From contig OX597819.1 in assembly GCA_951406725.2 (NCBI GenBank), positions 21,886,001 through 21,950,000 on the forward strand: a stretch of DNA of 64,000 nt, in the 5' to 3' direction. Both the position numbers and the translations under genes were made by a program. Source of the stretch: Octopus vulgaris (Eukaryota). Positions 51,340 to 64,000 of the stretch are shown here, piece after piece; position 1 is the stretch's first letter, and the number at the start of each line of letters is the position of its first letter. The notes under the pieces are model-generated. The model did no database searches and was not told the origin of the DNA. It saw only the letters and a program-made list of their open reading frames with translations.

Positions 51340-51973
51340 ATCAACTCCTAACTGTTAATTGTTGCTACCGAGTAACATGTGGAAACAGCCAAAAGAAACA
51401 TTTGACCCAGATTACCTTCTTCCAACTGTTAAACATGGAGAAGGATCTGTGATGATCGGTGGAGGGGGGGGCGAGGGATATCTTGGAAATCTGCTGGCCC
51501 AATGGTTTCCCTTCATGTCAGAATTAATAGTCAAGACTATTTAAGCATTTTATCTGATCAAATTCGTCCTTCGGTTGCGGAACTGTTTCCGGAGGGAAAA
51601 CGCAGTCTTTCAGGAAGATAATACACCGATTCACACGGCTAAAATTGTTACTGAATGGCATGAGGAACATTCTAGTGAAGGTGGACATCATATCTGGCCA
51701 CTACAGTCCCCAGATCTCAATATTATTGAACATTTATGGTGCATTTTAGAAAAACAAGTAAGGGATCGATATCCTCCACCATCATCACTACAAAAACTGG
51801 AGACTTTTTAACTGAAGAAGGGACAAATATTCCCTTGGAAATAATTCAGACTTTCTAAGAGCCCATACTTCATAGAATTCAAGCTGTAATTACTACCAAA
51901 GGCGGATCTACTCCGTATTAAAGTAAATTTGTTTGAAATTTTAAGTCGGCTCCATTATTTTGTCCAACCCCTG
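51340..51973 (+). pseudogene. 3' half of a Tc1-like (DD34E) transposon with right TIR
   Basis: PTVKHGEGSVMI, FQEDNTPIHTAK and WPLQSPDLNIIEHLW. The terminus TCCATTATTTTGTCCAACCCCTG is followed by TA. Confidence 0.9.
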
Positions 51974-51989
51974 TACATATATGTATATG

Positions 51990-52001
<12 letters not shown>

Positions 52002-52058
<57 letters not shown>

Positions 52059-52170
52059 ATGTGTGCGTGTGTGTGTGTATACATACATATGCATATATGT
52101 ATGTATATATATATATATGTATATACATATATGAATATATAAATGTATGAATATCTATGTATATATATAT

Positions 52171-52236
<66 letters not shown>

Positions 52237-52247
52237 GATATATAATA

Positions 52248-52314
<67 letters not shown>

Positions 52315-52397
52315 GATATTCATACATTTATATATTCATATATGTATATACATACATATATGCATATGTATGTATACACACACACACACGCACACAT

Positions 52398-52451
<54 letters not shown>
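52002..52451. repeat. Foldback inverted duplication of a compound microsatellite around a (TA)n spacer
   Basis: ATGAATATATAAATGTATGAATATCTATGT (ending 52160) is mirrored by ACATAGATATTCATACATTTATATATTCAT (starting 52310). The (GT)n with a GC variant is mirrored by (AC)n. Confidence 0.88.
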
Positions 52452-52453
<2 letters not shown>

Positions 52454-53311
52454 CACGCTAACAACATGGTTCACAATTTTTTCGGAATTTCGGTTACTAA
52501 CTTTTGATTTTGCCAGACTGTCAAATGAAAGCTTGAAAACTGAAAAACCGAAGTCAGAGTCTCCACAGTTCTTGTGAAAGTATAATCAATATATAATGTA
52601 CTCTATAAAATAAAAAATGTTGAGTAATTGTGCATAACGTTAAATTTTTACTTTATTATCACTCGAAATAACAACCGATCTTATATATATATATATATAT
52701 ATATATACATGCATGCATGCATATATATGTATATATATATACAGAGAGAGAGAAAGAGAGACAAGGAAAGGGAGAGATACATATATACATACATATATAT
52801 ATGTATATATATGTATATATATGTATGTATGTATATATGTATGTATGTATGTAGGTATGCATGTATGTATATCCACAGTGTGTATGTGTGAACGGTATAC
52901 ATATACGTACATATATGGGTACTCACATCTCTTGTATATTTTCCAATTTACTGACTCTAATTATAAAACTTCCAACTTGTTCAAGTGGACAATTTGATTT
53001 GAAATAAAGAGATGCAAAAAAATATAAAAAATCCTCACTTGCAGGTTATTAGCTCGTTTCTGTGTATCTCTCTGCGTTATGGCTCAGACTGTGTAGGTGT
53101 ATATGTGTGTCTACGTGAGTGTGAATGTATATGTGTGTGTGTGTGTGTGTGTGTGCGTTTGCGTGTGCGTTTGCGTGTGCGTGTGTGTGTGGGGGGAGGG
53201 TGTATGTGCATTATGGGTTTATATGTTATGTGTTAATTCGTATAGACACACTAATGTTAGGATTTATAAAAATAAATATATATATATATATATGCATATC
53301 TGCGTGTGTAT

Positions 53312-53377
<66 letters not shown>

Positions 53378-53444
53378 ATATGTATACATATATAAATATA
53401 TATATAGAGAGAGGAAGGGAGTTGGACAGAAAGATAGATATATA

Positions 53445-53455
53445 GATAGACAGAC

Positions 53456-53522
<67 letters not shown>

Positions 53523-53579
53523 CAGACATGCACGCAGGCAGACAGACAGACATACAGACAGACAGACAGACAGACAGAC

Positions 53580-53658
<79 letters not shown>

Positions 53659-53663
53659 CAGAC

Positions 53664-53755
<92 letters not shown>

Positions 53756-53795
53756 GATAGATAGATACATAGATAGATAGGTAGACAGATAGATA
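53445..53795. repeat. (GATA)n/(GACA)n microsatellite
   Basis: Seen directly. Confidence 0.95.
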
Positions 53796-54172
53796 CGCAT
53801 CTTTAAAAAATGTAAGAAGGAAGGCGGGGAGGAAGGAAAGAAAGAAAGAAGGAAGGAAGGAACAAACAAAGAGGCATGAAAACGAGAAAAACAAAGGAGA
53901 AGATGTGAAGGAACAATTAGTGGAAGAAGAGAGAGAGGGAGATAAGGGGGTACTTCATATGTAATCATGGTTGTATTTTTAGTAAGTGTGTTTATGTAGG
54001 TATATGTGTGTGTCTGTCATAAGCATAGTATGAGTGCGAATATGTAAATATATAAGTGCAAACATCACGCACGAGGCTTGTTTATTATGTACATTTCTAT
54101 ATGCAATTATATAGTCTTTATATGCATTTATATGTATGAGTCTCTCTCTCTCTCTCACTCTCTCTCTCTCTC

Positions 54173-54222
<50 letters not shown>

Positions 54223-54547
54223 GACAGGCAGAAACAAGGTAAATGCCCCTTGTATTTGAATACTATGCCAATATTCTTTTTAAATCTTTTCTTTTAATTT
54301 TTCCAAAATTTTATTGTTTTCCATACTTACAGTTGAAAAAGTCTCATTGACTGAAACCGGTACTGAAATGTTTTTTATAAAATTATTTTACCATTTTCTA
54401 CCTTTACTTTTTTTCCATACATAGCCGAAATTGCGAAGATGATCCGGTTCTTGACTGAAGATCGAAGGCTTCGAATATCCCGTCCGTGTTTTTTGTATCG
54501 TCTTCTAAATGTTTCACGTTCTTGTCCCAGTTTGTATTTTTTACATT

Positions 54548-54587
<40 letters not shown>

Positions 54588-54624
54588 TGTATGTATGTAT
54601 ATAAGTATGTATGTATATATGACC

Positions 54625-54935
54625 GTAGCCATGGCTGTGCACTAAGAAGCTTGCTTCCCAACCACATGGTCTCGGGTTCAGTCCGACTGGGTGGCCTCGT
54701 ACAGGCCAAAGCCTTGTGAAAGAAAGACTGTGTTTGTCCTCCGCTACAACTTAACAACCGGCGTTGGCATGTTTATGTCCTCGTATCTTAACGGTTCTTC
54801 ATATGCTCCGATAGAGTAAGTACCAGGTTTAGTGTAAGAATAACTAGTAGAGTGGATTTGTTCCACCAAATTCCTTCAAGATGTTGTCTCAGCATGGCTG
54901 CAATGTAACGACTTAAAAAAGTAAAAGATAAAAGA
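54625..54935 (+). mobile_element. SINE family B with internal deletion
   Basis: AAGAAGCTTGCTTCCCAACCACATGG..CCAAAGCCTTGTGA..CAGCATGGCTGCA..GTAAAAGATAAAAGA. Confidence 0.75.
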
Positions 54936-56855
54936 TATATATATCCGTGTTGTTAATATAAATATTTAATGTAGATTTTCATTTACTGTACTCCGTCAGT
55001 TCCGACGGCGAATCTTCCATTTGATTCTATCGCCACAACAGGTTGAATGTGCATCCAGTTGTGCCAAATAATTAAACCTGAGTTTATTCCCTGTTGACAA
55101 CTTCAATCCATTTCTGCTTTTTTTTATTAATGGTGCCTTGAGAGACATATCTAAAAAGTGGGCCTAAAATATTAAATGGCTCACTGAGTCATGTAAGGCA
55201 CAAGAGTGGCCACACTCGGTGCCTCAAATAAAAGTTGGGTATTATTGGTTTGTCGTTGGATTCACCATATCGTGAATGGTTGACTTTATACTTAACAAAA
55301 ACAGTAGAGAACTATTAAACATCAAATATTGACGACCAATGAAGACAAAGGTGGAAAAATAAAAGAAAATCATTCTGCAGGTGCTTCGTAAGCTGCAAAT
55401 ATTTTTCAGTTCTTTAAGAAATGACTTGCTTCAATAAATGTTTAATTTAGTTTAATGTGTGTGCTTTGCGTTATGCCATGCTGACGAGTTCAAGAAAGAA
55501 TGAAAAGGTGCTATACATGTTAACCTATGACTAGAAATTTTAAGACATTTTTAATGAGAAATACAAAAGAAAATAAAATGAAATGTGTATATTCTGAGCA
55601 TCTTCTTCGTTCTGTGATTTAAAATTCCAATTGCTAATCCCGACAAGATTCTGTTGTAAATCATTATTTTCCTTATAAAAACTGACGTGATAGGCTCTCT
55701 ATCACGTCACTTTAGAAAAATGTTTCGGAAAATAGAGAAGGGAAGCAAGCACTAATTTGTTAAAAATAAAAGAGTGTAATATTTGAGACAGACCATCGCT
55801 GAGAACATAGGAGAAACGCGTAGTAATTGAATAACAGAAGAAATTGCTACATTGAAATTTGTTAATACTACTAAAAGATTCCTGTGTCGTCTATGTGAAT
55901 AACAGGAGAAAAAGACGTGCTGCACTGTGTCCTCCGTTGCTGCTGCTGTATATCCCATTCCTTTTACTTTGTTCTCCATTGCTGCTGTATATCCCATTCC
56001 TTTTACTTTGTTCTCCATAGCTGCTGTCAAGTCCTCCCTTTCTGCTGCTGTGTACTCCATTGCTGCAGTTGTACCTCCGTTGCTGCTGCTCTATTCTCCA
56101 TTACTGCTGCTATGCCCACCCCATCCCATTGCTACTGCTGAGTACTCTGTTGCTGCTGCCGCTGGGTCACACAGCAGCTACTCCTTAAGAAAAAGATCGG
56201 TGTTTAACAAGCGGTCGTACAAGGGTTAAAGTTAAATTTACCATATCATATGACAGAGAACACCTGATTGTCATCGGCGCCGGTATCTGTTTTATGGTCG
56301 GTGGTAACCTGTTGTCTCCGGTATTTCTGTATTCATAGCAAAGTTGGGTTGAGATCACGGTAGAATTGTCCGATTAGAGAGACATAGATTCTGGCTACAT
56401 TATTTATAATCTTGTCTGTGTTGATGCCTTTCCTCTTTGCATGAGGGCCGTTGATATCGGTGGGATGCAAATTTTTAGATAGAATTTGAACCCAAATGCA
56501 AGTGTCCGAAGCAACTACGGCAAGAATCCAATCCGACGCTCTAGTAAATCCACTAATGCATTGCTCTTGATGGGTTATCGACCCTGAAAAGTACTCAGAG
56601 TACAAAGAACGAGATAACCACAAAGCACCCTGTTTCACATTCTAATGATACTTCCAGTTCGTCGCCTAAAAGTAAGTATAAATATATGTGTAAATACTTG
56701 AGTATATATATATATATATTTCTATATATCTGCGTTCCAGATAACGTATATATATATATACGCACACTGATCTACATATTTGTGTAAGGTTTTCAAATGT
56801 GGAAATATTTATATGTGGATAGATGTGAGTGTGTATATGTCTACTGTGAATGCGT

Positions 56856-57440
56856 GGAGGTGCGTGGCTTAGTGGTTTGGGCGTTGGACTAATGATCGTA
56901 AGACTGTGGCTTCGATTCCTGCAGCGGGCGACACGTTGTGGTCTTGAGCAAGCCACTTCATTTCACGTTGCTCCAATCCATTCAGCTAGCAAAAACGAGC
57001 ACACCGGCGACAGATCGGCGTCCCGTCCAGGTTAAGAATTTATACAACACTGAAACCGGGAAACCGGCTCTTATCAGTCAGTATGACTCAGACTTTTTAT
57101 GTTTTACTTTTGTTATACTGACGACACGTGGCTTAGTGGTTGGGAGGGTTACATTTCACGTCCGCAAGGTCGTGAGTTCGATTACTGAAAGTGCGTTGCG
57201 TCTTGGGTAGCATACTCCATTTCATACATTCCAGTCTACTCAGGAGGAAAAGATGAATAATACCTGTAATTCAAAAGGACCAAGCCTTGTCACGTTCTGT
57301 GTTACGCTGAATTTCCTTGGGAATTACGTTAAGGGTGACACATGTCTGTGGAGTTCTCAGCCACCCACATGTTACTTTCAGGAGCAGACCGCTCAGTTGA
57401 TTGCATAAACTGAATTCGTCGTCGCAACCGACGGAATGAA
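56856..57440 (+). mobile_element. Two tandem family-C-related tRNA SINEs
   Basis: GCGTGGCTTAGTGGTT..TTCGATTCC..CTTGAGCAAGCCACTTCATTTCACGTTGCTCCA, followed by a second head ACGTGGCTTAGTGGTT..GAGTTCGATT at ~57125. Confidence 0.7.
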
Positions 57441-58110
57441 CATTATATACGTGTATTTCTATATATGTAACGTTTGAAGGGGCATGGTTACACGTTCGCA
57501 TGGTTACATATGTGTATATGCACCTATGAGTATTGATGTGAGTGTGTGTATGGTGTTGAGGTATGTGTGTAGATAAATTCTACGCATGCGTTAGTGCATG
57601 CGTCCTCTGCTTCCTTTTCTGCTCTGTTTCCGTTTTACAGCTTTTAACAAAAAAAAAAAAATTATTCAGATTTTGAAAGTCGTTTCTCTTGTCCGATTTT
57701 TTTTCTCTCTTTTGGTTTTCTAATTCTTCATACTATTGTTATTTATAACGCTGATGATGATCAAGATACTGGTGGTCGTGGTGGTCGTGGTGGGAGAGGT
57801 GGCAGTTATGGTGCTACTGACGTTGCTATCGAAGATGGAATCCATTATTAAAAAGAATTGCTCAATTATGCAAAGAATTGTAGATATTGTCGTTAATGCT
57901 ATCGTTGTTGTTGTTGTTGCTATTACTGTTATTGTTCTTATATATACAATAGCGATATTAGTGGTATTTCTTATCTATGTCGCTGTTGTCGGTGGTGGTG
58001 GTAGAGGAGTGGGGAGTGTAGTATCTCGCACAGGAAGACAATCTTAACTACCTTTTGTGGCCAGCCGCCTCGAGCGACTCGTCCTTCGACTCGTCTATTG
58101 TTTACTCTCT

Positions 58111-58174
<64 letters not shown>

Positions 58175-58347
58175 AACATATACATATATATATACATATA
58201 TATACAGTATGTATATATATATATATCTATATCTATATATATATATGTATATATACACATATATATGTGCATATACGTACATACATATATATATATATAT
58301 ATGTATATATATACATATATATATATGTATATATATATACATATATA

Positions 58348-58420
<73 letters not shown>

Positions 58421-58434
58421 GTATATATATATAC

Positions 58435-58479
<45 letters not shown>

Positions 58480-58497
58480 CATACATACATACATACA

Positions 58498-58530
<33 letters not shown>

Positions 58531-58849
58531 GTATGTATGCATCCATACATAAATACACACCGATACGCCCGCTCACACACGCACACACACACACATATGT
58601 ACGATAACTATGCATGAGTATCGGCATGTTTGTGTGTGTGTCTGTGTTTGTGTGAGTGTGTGTATGTGTGTTTGTGTATGTTTGCAGTGGAAGAACGTCT
58701 ACGCTGTCGAGCACACTCAAAGTATAAATACCTCATTTATACAAATAAAGAAATTAATATATATATATATATATACCGCCAGTGCCACCATCTTTTCAGT
58801 GGCCATTTATATGCGATTCGTGAAGGAGGAAGTTTTTGGCTGCAATATA

Positions 58850-59760
58850 GGTTTATCTGGGACCTTGGGCAGCAGATCAAGTTATTTCTTGAAAACCTCT
58901 ATCCCGTCCTCTATGTAGATCCCTGAGATATTTTTGTACGAATTTAAAAAGGTTTGGACCCTTGAATCTAAAGATACTGCACTACGTGATCCTTATTCTA
59001 AGGGGATACCTAGGACCCTTGGAATAGAGCAATGACGTCCAGTTCGGGCGTCAATATAGCTCTTAATGCCAATGTTTGGTGCCAACCTCTCCAGCCGTAT
59101 ATCACCGCGTGTATTCCAAGTGTATATCACTGCATATTTCTCCTGTCTTTGCTCCAGAGAATACAGTCATTGCTCTTGCAATCTTTCCCTGTAGCTCAGC
59201 TGTTCAATTGATGCAGTTTTCTTGGTGTAGCACCACTGAACTGCTTCAAGTTCAGCTATCAATTTAACACTGTGCGGTGGCCACATTTGAGAACAGTAGT
59301 CCAGACAGCTGAGTACAAATATCTTCTGTAGAACCAGCATAGTTTCCTGGTCACTTGTTCGAAAAGTTCTCAGAATCGAGCCGGCCATTCGTTTGTACAT
59401 TGCCACTATCTCGGTGATATGTGCGTGAAACAAAGCGTTGTTATTCCGATCAGTCACCAGATTACACAATTCACTATGCCTATCCTCTTGGTCCAACGAA
59501 TTGTTGTTGTGGCATGTGAGCAGTGGCTAACTGATAGCGGAAGGCTTGGAATTTACCCGCATTATATTTGCTTGTTATTTTCTTCAGTACATTTACGTAT
59601 GGCATCTAGGTCTTTCTGTAAATTAAGATCGGAAGGTTTCTGGGCTGCTTATATCACTTTTGTGTCGTCGGCATAGCTAGTAAGTTTGGCTCTCTGCATA
59701 ACTGATGGCACGTCCGAGAGATCCACGATGAACAGTTGCGGTACCAATACAAGTTATGAT
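58850..59760 (-). pseudogene. Decayed CR1-group LINE RT fragment
   Basis: VLVPQLFIVDLSD, SYADDTKV and ILRTFRT..LDYCSQMWPPH..ELEAVQ..TK..LSYRERL. Confidence 0.8.
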
Positions 59761-60991
59761 CCGAGAGTATCGACAGCATCACCTTAACACGAGCGCCACA
59801 TTATTTGTGAGGCAGTGATCCAGGAAATTTTTCCACTTGTTGAAAGGAGCACTATTTGATCTATAAGAATCATGTTTGTGAGGTTGAACAAAGATTCTGC
59901 TACCCTCTGTTCTTGAAGGAGAGGAAGTGGTCCCCAGGACATTCGATATCAGGGAGGCTGAAGCCTCCTTGTGCTTTCATTTTCCAGAACCTTTGTCTTC
60001 AAAATATCGATTTCATTTTCCATTTGTTTCTGCGTCCATCTTGGGCCCAAATCCATTTTCAACTTGCCTGCTTGCTTGTGCCTTTTCATCTTTTCATCTT
60101 TGGCTCCTTTTGCTTCCCCGGCTGGACTTTTGCTTTGCTGCTGCTGTTGTTCTCCTTGGGCTCACGCTTGTCCAGAATGGTTACATTTTGTTTTCCGTAT
60201 TTTTGTTTTATCCCTTCCTCACAGCATCACCTTGACCCTTCTTAGATTCAACTAAGTCACTAATTTCTTTTTTGCCTTGTGTTTTCGTTTCGTTTTTTAG
60301 TATATTATCTACTAGATCCATATGGGGTTTAATGAGGGCATAGAAACGAATGGAGTCGTTCATTTTCTTTTTCATCTTGTGCCATGGTTTGGTTGAAAAC
60401 AAAGTTCTTAATGGTCTCCACTATCAAAGCGGCTTGGCGATGATCCTCCAGCCAAGTTCCATGCCAGGAGCATTGTTTTAATTTCTTCAAATAGCCAGTT
60501 TCTGTGCATTTTAAACATAAAATAGTCGGCTTCTGCTTAGGTCCATGCTACTGAGATAGGGAGAAAGACAGGGCAGGAAGAAATAAAGATGGATATGCAG
60601 AGAGAGGGGTTTGAGAGAGAGAGGCGATGTAAAGGTAATCAGGAAAGGCAAAGAGAGGGAGAGAGAAGGGAGAAGAAGGGGGTAAGCAGAGAGAAAGGGC
60701 GAGAGGAAAAGCGAGCAAAGAGACAGATAGACAGAGAAAGACAAAGACAAAGAGAGGTACAGGAAGAGAGCAAAGGATGAGAAAAACAGAAAATATATAA
60801 CTGAGGAGGTGTAAAAATGAAATAGGACGAGGAATTAGGTCGAAAGAATGAAAGACGTAGGGCGATGAAATATCTATAGAGGTAGATCAATATAAGATGG
60901 GGCTGAGAAATATAGAGAGTGAAAGATCAATATGAAGTAGAGATAGAAAAGGTATATGTGAAGAGGTGTAAAAATGGGGTTAAAACCACTG

Positions 60992-61154
60992 CACTGGCGT
61001 AGTTGGAGTATGTGCCGCCGGGGCGGGCCCTTCCGTTTGCTGTGCCCGGACCCCTCAAAAAATCTTTTATTGCCTATAGCAATAGACTACAACAGGATGA
61101 AAAGTGCTGCCAGGGGCGGAGCGCTCCTACTGCCTCACCCCAGCTACTCTTGTG
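60992..61154. mobile_element. Possible hAT-like MITE, diverged
   Basis: CACTGGCGTAGTTGG...CCAGCTACTCTTGTG imperfect termini with GC-rich subterminal GC.GCC..GGGGCGG motifs. Confidence 0.4.
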
Positions 61155-61252
61155 GTTGAGACTCTGAGCTGAAACTAGAGAAAAAGAAATAGAGGAGAGA
61201 GGGGGGAGAGACAGACAGACAGACAGAGAGTGAGAGAGAGAGAAAAAGAGAG

Positions 61253-61396
<144 letters not shown>

Positions 61397-63287
61397 GACA
61401 ATTACAATAAATATCGAGATGAATACATCTGCGTTTTTTTTTACTTCTACTTTCAATCATACCCAATATTTGATTTAAATGTGTCCGACGTCCGTTTCTG
61501 CTGCATAAACATCTTGTAACTACATTTGCACTCAAGTACTCTATTCTGTTTAGTAGTCTATGAAACTTTATTGAAGCTCCATCCACTGTCCTTGTTTTCG
61601 GTTGTGTTGTTCAAGCTAGCGTCATAGTCATACAATCGAAAGTATGGTTTTTAGTCTCCTTGTATCTCGACAAAAAACCAACAGGATATGTTAATGTGAA
61701 CAGACTATTCGTCTCTTACAATGTTGCAACTTTCTTTGCAATAAGGTTCCTTATATTCTTGTATTATACTTTCAGTAAGCTGAGCTTAACCGTTAAAAAT
61801 TATGTGTCTCGGTTGTAGGTTTACAAAACTGTAGATACAGGCGACTAAAACATAGTCTGGTTTTCTGGTTCCCCGTTGACTCGTCCTTCCATGTTTCTAA
61901 CTCTTTACGACAATTTTCAAGACCTTTCAGTAGTAAGATAAGAAATCTTGTGTATATGTTATCTCAAATATACTTTATCTCGAACATGTACATTGCTTTT
62001 GCATTTAAGTTTCTTTACAGAATTGCTCTAGAATTGGTTGTTAATCTTATTGGTGACAAGACCTCCGGACAACAGCATACAACCTGCTTCATCTAAAAGA
62101 GGTTGTTTAAATCTCTAGATTGTGATGGTTGCTCCTAATGTAGACACTATTATAGCTTCAAGGAACCTATCTCTCTCTCTCTTTCACTCTCACACACACA
62201 CTGCTGCGCGCACATACATACACACACACGCCCACACACATGCCTATTCATTTAAGCAAACTTAAAAACTTATTTCGTTTCTATTATCGACAAGAGTTTC
62301 CTGTTTTCTTCTTGCTCAGAATTGTTGCAGCCGTAACGATCTTTGTGATAACACGACCTCGGGAAAAACGGCAGATAATCTGCTCCGTTTTAGAAAACGT
62401 TGCTTAAAATCCTAACCTACTGATTAAGACAGAGATGCTCTAAAACTTATTTACGTTTATTGTCATTGAAAACAGCCGGCAAATATATGAAAGTCAACGT
62501 CTCTTAAGAATGTATGTGTGTGTGTGTAAACGGCAAACATGCATTGTTGTACTTGTAATACATATAGAAATATAGAAATATGATATGTTCCTAATTTTAT
62601 TTTCTCCTAAAAAAAAAGCACGATAACAGCTTAAAAATATTTTAAAAAAACACAAATATCAAACGTTTTGTTCATATTTTTCTTTCTCTCCCGATTGTTA
62701 ATATATAAAGAAATATTCTACTTTGTAAGGAACAAGTCTGCTCTCTCCTAACTAGATTAGTTTTCTCGTGGTTGATTCATCCCATATTTGAATAGTAACC
62801 CATATTTGGCGATATTCTATAATTATAACTAATAAATCTTCTATATTCACTCTATAATTTAGCCATCTGAAACTATATCGAGCGACATCATATACAGATT
62901 CGTCTTAACATATTTCCCTTTAGGTAACCCATCGCTCTTTATTCTCTCCAGACACTCTCAATCTAGTTTTTGTACAATCTTAGCTCATCATTTACTTTCA
63001 CTTTCGTTTTCAACAATCTTCTGGCTTCTATTATTCACCTTCCTTTACCCATCGCCATTTTCCATAGAAGTATTCTCTTTCTTCGTTTAGACATACATCT
63101 CTCTCCCTCTTTCTCTTTCTCTCTAATTTTTCGCTCTATTTATTTCTTTTATTTTGACATAGTACAATATCATAAAAATACACGTATAAATATATCTGTG
63201 TGTATGTATATGTGTTTGTATTCATCTACATATATATATATATATTGCGTATTTGTGTATATATTTACACATACATGCACATAGTTT

Positions 63288-63325
<38 letters not shown>

Positions 63326-63350
63326 TATACTGATAAATATGCATTCATAT

Positions 63351-63402
<52 letters not shown>

Positions 63403-63932
63403 GCATATGTATACGACTTCACCTATACATAGAAATACACATGCATGCCTACATATATACATAGTTACTTACATAGATATGTTGATATCTACGCATATAG
63501 GTACACAACTATTTATCCTTTATTATCTGCAGTCTCAAAGCCTCTTCTTTGCTCCTACCCGACCAACACCACATTGCCACCACAGTCAACGACACAACCC
63601 CTCTTACCTCCGCCACCGACAACACCACAGACATCGCCACCTCAACCACGGCTGCCACCACCGCCATTACAATCACTAGCACAAACCCCATCTGTAACTA
63701 TCGAGACATGGCAGTAATTATATTATTCCACTTTGCTAAGCAACTTCGCTCAACAGAAATAGTAATTGTCAATAACGACGATGCAAGATTCAAATAGAGA
63801 GCGTCTGCTTTTTAAGGCAAAAACCTTAGCTTTGCAAAATATCACTGTAACTTTATTTCTAACATCTACGCACAAAACACCATTGATTGGTTAAGCAGAT
63901 AGACACGCGCACGTGTGTTTATGTGTATATAC

Positions 63933-64000
<68 letters not shown>

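Noticed and set aside
55755-56229. piggyBac-like end AAGGGTTAA with a 39-bp tandem repeat
   Set aside because: No matching left terminus or transposase remnant was found.
61450-62160. Minus-strand VSTLG...LLDEAG resembling an SF1 helicase motif
   Set aside because: It is interrupted by stops and lacks other helicase motifs. It is more likely a very old RLE-LINE N-terminal fossil, too decayed to call.

Overview
This is eukaryotic, AT-rich, microsatellite-saturated non-coding DNA, either intergenic or a large intron. The SINE and microsatellite repertoire suggests an octopus or other cephalopod genome (inference). No host protein-coding exon is supportable, and almost all listed ORFs are translations of simple repeats. 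The only intact coding unit is a ~5.9-kb full-length Tx1/L1-clade non-LTR retrotransposon on the minus strand (~34522-40404). It has ORF1 (623 aa, CCHC knuckle) and ORF2 (APE-RT-zinc finger) and sits inside a (GATA)n array. Four features of this element stand out. (1) The ~45 nt around and after the ORF1 stop are an inverted repeat of the ~43 nt around and after the ORF2 stop, so ORF2 is bracketed by complementary arms. (2) The ORF1 stop overlaps a GTAAGT splice donor that could be joined in frame to ORF2, and a second, divergent, decayed Tx1 copy at ~11.7-13.1 kb shows the same arrangement. (3) Its 3' terminal stem-loop is shared with a locally abundant tRNA-type SINE, suggesting a LINE-SINE pair. 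(4) It has no poly(A) tail and runs straight into (ATCT)n. The rest of the window holds decayed RLE-type (R4/Dong-like) LINEs abutting (TAA)n, (CTA)n or (CATA)n, three SINE families, mariner, Tc1 and CR1-like fossils, HINE-like elements, and Penelope-type minimal hammerhead ribozymes in inverted repeats.
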